Shown here: piece by piece, positions 52,154-52,458 of the stretch
Layout: every line of letters begins with the position of its first letter
How positions within the stretch are numbered: position 1 is the first letter of the stretch
Source of the DNA: a virus
Taxonomy: Duplodnaviria > Caudoviricetes
Length of the DNA stretch: 52,458 nucleotides
Strand: one strand, 5' to 3'
IMG/VR virus record: IMGVR_UViG_3300027754_000128
Location: 1 to 52,458 of that record
Translations under genes and position numbers: made by a program
Notes under the pieces: model-generated
What the model was told of the DNA's origin: nothing
Database searches by the model: none
The model's input: only the letters and a program-made list of their open reading frames with translations

Positions 52154-52401
52154 GTGTTCTCCTTCCGGGCGCGGATGGCGGCGGCGGCTTCGTCAAGTTC
52201 AGCGCCGACAGCCCAGCCGATTCGGCCTCCATTCAGGCGCTCGCAGACCTTCGCCGCTTCCTCCAGCACCGCATCCCGTTCCGGTTGGGGCCGGCGGGAG
52301 AGTAGGGCGCGGGCGACGATAAGGGCGTCAAGTGCACGCGGAAGCTTGGTATCGAAATCAGTCACAATCCGCTTCGCTGCTTCCAGTTCGTCTAGGGTCA
52401 T
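52150..52401 (-). CDS. Hypothetical cassette protein (RDAVLEEAAKVCE motif)
   Basis: Ends KENT at the junction; ATGA-coupled. Confidence 0.7.
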   Translation of the reverse strand: MTLDELEAAKRIVTDFDTKLPRALDALIVARALLSRRPQPERDAVLEEAAKVCERLNGGRIGWAVGAELDEAAAAIRARKENT

Positions 52402-52458
52402 GTCCCGCGCTCCACTTCGACAGCAGCCTTGCCTTCCGGGCTAAACGCGGAAATCCAC
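52398..52458 (-). CDS. 3' end of a second allele of the DUF968-like gene (truncated by window edge)
   Basis: 55/61 identical to 1173-1233; all differences synonymous. Confidence 0.8.
   Translation of the reverse strand, partial: WISAFSPEGKAAVEVERGT

Larger units (their letters stand above)
1..52458. mobile_element. Temperate podovirus genome (BPP-1/T7-like head-tail module), about one unit length plus a second allele of the early-left region
   Basis: Integrase, attP, cI/cro, terminases, T7-type portal, capsid, tail tubes, ejection proteins and lysis genes in canonical order; no host housekeeping genes. Confidence 0.95.

Overview
Essentially one complete (~51.1 kb unit) high-GC temperate podovirus genome with BPP-1/T7-type virion genes. 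The host is probably an alphaproteobacterium (GapR-like gene, attP in tRNA-Val). Order: leftward early operon (cassette array, DUF968-like, NinB, ERF) | cI/cro switch with four ACGC-N5-GCGT operators | rightward early/replication genes (GapR-HTH fusion, C5 methyltransferase with a nested ORF, VRR-NUC, EndoVII, DUF1376 initiator) | terminases, portal, scaffold, capsid, tail tubes, ejection proteins including a 3356-aa polyvalent protein | tail fibres | lysis | accessory genes | attP | integrase, xis. The window then runs into a second, different version of the region at the start: 1-106 equals 51108-51213, and 1173-1233 matches 52398-52458 at 55/61. Between these anchors the two versions carry different small genes joined at a conserved GGAGAACACATGA junction. 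The most notable observations are: (1) this swappable, probably anti-defence cassette array, including a poly-G frameshifted Mom-like gene; (2) the giant ejection protein, which carries glycosylase-like, SAM-lyase-like, ADP-ribosyltransferase and HExxH domains plus a nested +1-frame gene with its own RBS; (3) a four-copy late promoter motif, AGTAGACGCCAC-N26-(-10). All family calls are from motif recognition by eye; no searches were run.
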